Under the pieces are notes generated by a model. It saw only the letters and a list, made by a program, of their open reading frames with translations, made no database searches and was not told the origin of the DNA. The position numbers and the translations under genes were made by a program. A stretch of DNA of 27,523 nucleotides, taken from positions 1 to 27,523 of the forward strand of contig JAEOTQ010000138.1 of assembly GCA_016839785.1 (NCBI GenBank), written 5' to 3'. Every line of letters starts with the position of its first letter. Position 1 is the stretch's first letter. Source of the stretch: Candidatus Hodarchaeota archaeon (lineage in GTDB: Archaea > Asgardarchaeota > Heimdallarchaeia > Hodarchaeales > Hodarchaeaceae). This document shows positions 26,901-27,523 of the stretch, in pieces.

Positions 26901-26921
26901 TTTAAGTTCCATTTTTTTCAC
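23910..26921 (-). CDS. GCS2/YbdK-family carboxylate-amine (glutamate-cysteine ligase-like) ligase fused to a Lys/Pro-rich linker and C-terminal beta-sandwich-like domains
   Basis: GIEVENHLVD, LELVTPPC, TCGEHHHIG, LIALSSTSPF and TIELRFFDAQ. Low-complexity linker at about aa 497-575 and beta-rich C-terminal ~340 aa. The start is GTG 26921 or ATG 26912. Confidence 0.85.
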   Translation of the reverse strand: MKKMELKDYLLETPLFFSHGIEVENHLVDIATGEVLVGNELLSTWDEMFAEAAKYLERLKKAKHTPKTIAKKIVKIEVTEEIKREKRLNFIFIHYRLGKRTVRVNVFGPDPNISQITWLLELVTPPCEYLEEIAFWIDSLYAAAAHGLSKVKNKFTLLPIGLNPMEKRVRSGLTCGEHHHIGIPSFFRAPVYNMLRNYIPHLIALSSTSPFLNQKPSGKIIVKEKDGKKQVISRGIHSYRLANNTGQMGPNIPQYLPIIDDMTTREDFARAIKKVPPEDRMIDLFPYTDYSTIELRFFDAQPWRENRLAMVLLIQALAQKTKELIKQKKPVPTVSSLSLYENRRKAVQFGLLAQFTRDENLTGEFAWFYNYDIENGVKASKLMHSVLALLIYIEDELLEFNSAYLDQILLPVLGSKKFAPPFSVCDYLFSLYTDKGQNMNEFLKEVYYTEKLTYPPQVAGDFSSFLVENPPDSFIEVDEQQQNLTQLLKQDIATRQEFKSTPSPIPKKRKKKKPVAPKEKPVTEIPKKEPAVVPRKTPPKKKVPSKKTKPPESPKPKKPVEVGAKPKAAKKEPVTIPQQVVKVEEKQVISAFDENEDLEIYSPMIEIEPKYQKINSKIANIMRTRRQEIEAKRVVFFREHLKEEESKFKPFPKKQTAVFPALISGPELFGYIEFSFSDIKKVMYQFRNNPITLRFYDNQTNNEIATLRTFVDISRLEKRQMVRIPCSISLGELYGKLKLRVEAVTSTNHRLLPKNFVFTVERKDEISISPKEFYITSNFGSVECIYKATNDSKKEERGDLTLLLATQASSTPIVIYEEKFTLKPRASFEFARSIDLSIDYQHSSFYILARITTGLLKKNRAFKSIHVPVLREIVVDWSFVTRAGSKNDLWQGVEPKTHYAVDFVFHFLRSLPPVSIAIYVNTFPQGETKKLTSLQLKRYIDKGDEFSAPTVKFKTPKKCGYLIFDAQIRTEKGILPMHLLSEPIGVYGLTTKSTFEKRKNLDL

Positions 26922-27523
26922 TCTTGTGCCAATAATTCAGTTAGTTTAGCATGTAGTTTCTCCAAGGATAGTTTTTTTGCTCTTTTCAAAGATTTTTGAG
27001 TTGAAAAAAGAGGGAAAATACAATGCTCATTATAGTTAACCTCATGGATAGACTGATGAACAGATTGAAGTAGGATTTCTTGTAGATTGGTTGTTTCATA
27101 GATAATAAATGAAATTTTTGATGATTCTTTGCCCAGAGTGAGTATTTGGACTACTTGGTTCTTATTATTGTCATATCCCAAATCTATTCTCAGGTAGTTT
27201 CCATCAGTGGTTATGAATTTCTTTAGAAATTGGAGAAAAATATCCTTAGGAACCTTATACTTGAGTTGAGAGGTTTTACTGGTTATTTTATTCCATGCGA
27301 CTGGGATTAAGTCTAATGCGTTAGCCCCTAAGATTTTAAATGCAATATTGAGAGGATTCTTCTCTGTGTACTTCTCAAGTAGCATTGTACGAAAGATTTT
27401 TGAAAATAGGAATGCTATTACATCTGTAGCTTGTAGAACACTAAAATAATTATGATCTGTTCCAAATAAGAGTTTATCCTCCCAATTTGGAACGTCCATT
27501 ACATGGTTAAAGAAGACTTCGAC
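26918..27523 (-). CDS. Amidohydrolase-superfamily (TIM-barrel, Amidohydro_2-like) protein, C-terminal part with an extra C-terminal region; 5' end truncated by the window
   Basis: The frame is open to the window edge (VEVFFNHV-MDVP...). DKLLFGTD and KILGANALDLI match the strand-8 FGTD and terminal GxNA motifs. The stop overlaps the ligase GTG (GTGA). Confidence 0.7.
   Translation of the reverse strand, partial: VEVFFNHVMDVPNWEDKLLFGTDHNYFSVLQATDVIAFLFSKIFRTMLLEKYTEKNPLNIAFKILGANALDLIPVAWNKITSKTSQLKYKVPKDIFLQFLKKFITTDGNYLRIDLGYDNNKNQVVQILTLGKESSKISFIIYETTNLQEILLQSVHQSIHEVNYNEHCIFPLFSTQKSLKRAKKLSLEKLHAKLTELLAQE

Noticed and set aside
1-27523. CRISPR arrays, tRNA/rRNA genes, IS elements
   Set aside because: Intergenic gaps are all under about 250 bp and show no spaced repeats or cloverleaf-like GC-rich segments. 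No transposase-like ORF was found by eye.

Overview
AT-rich, gene-dense prokaryotic window with about 27 genes, two of them cut by the window edges. It is most likely from an Asgard archaeon (Heimdallarchaeia/Hodarchaeales-like). That assignment is an inference from the mix of archaeal families (DUF63, RAD55/KaiC-like, AMP phosphorylase, small TOPRIM protein, AGGTGA/AGGAG ribosome-binding sites) with a Rab-like small GTPase, a possible single-domain gelsolin-like protein and bacterial-type PfkA and DnaJ. Most genes are metabolic or housekeeping: pfkA, glucan phosphorylase, a GPH sugar transporter, two unrelated threonine dehydrogenases, AMP phosphorylase, thioredoxin and an orphan Dam-like methylase. 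The best candidate for an undescribed system is the minus-strand trio at 22515-27523: an amidohydrolase, a 1003-aa GCS2/YbdK-type carboxylate-amine ligase fused to a Lys/Pro-rich linker and beta-sandwich domains, and a Cdc48/p97 N-domain fused to a vWA domain with no ATPase. This could be a protein tagging/turnover module. Other notable items are a gelsolin-like ORF separated from the Rab-like GTPase by one in-frame stop, several apparent pseudoenzymes, a perfect 20-bp palindrome and a structured leader upstream of AMP phosphorylase. I saw no rRNA, tRNA, CRISPR array or mobile element. All family calls come from motif recognition by eye; no database searches were run.
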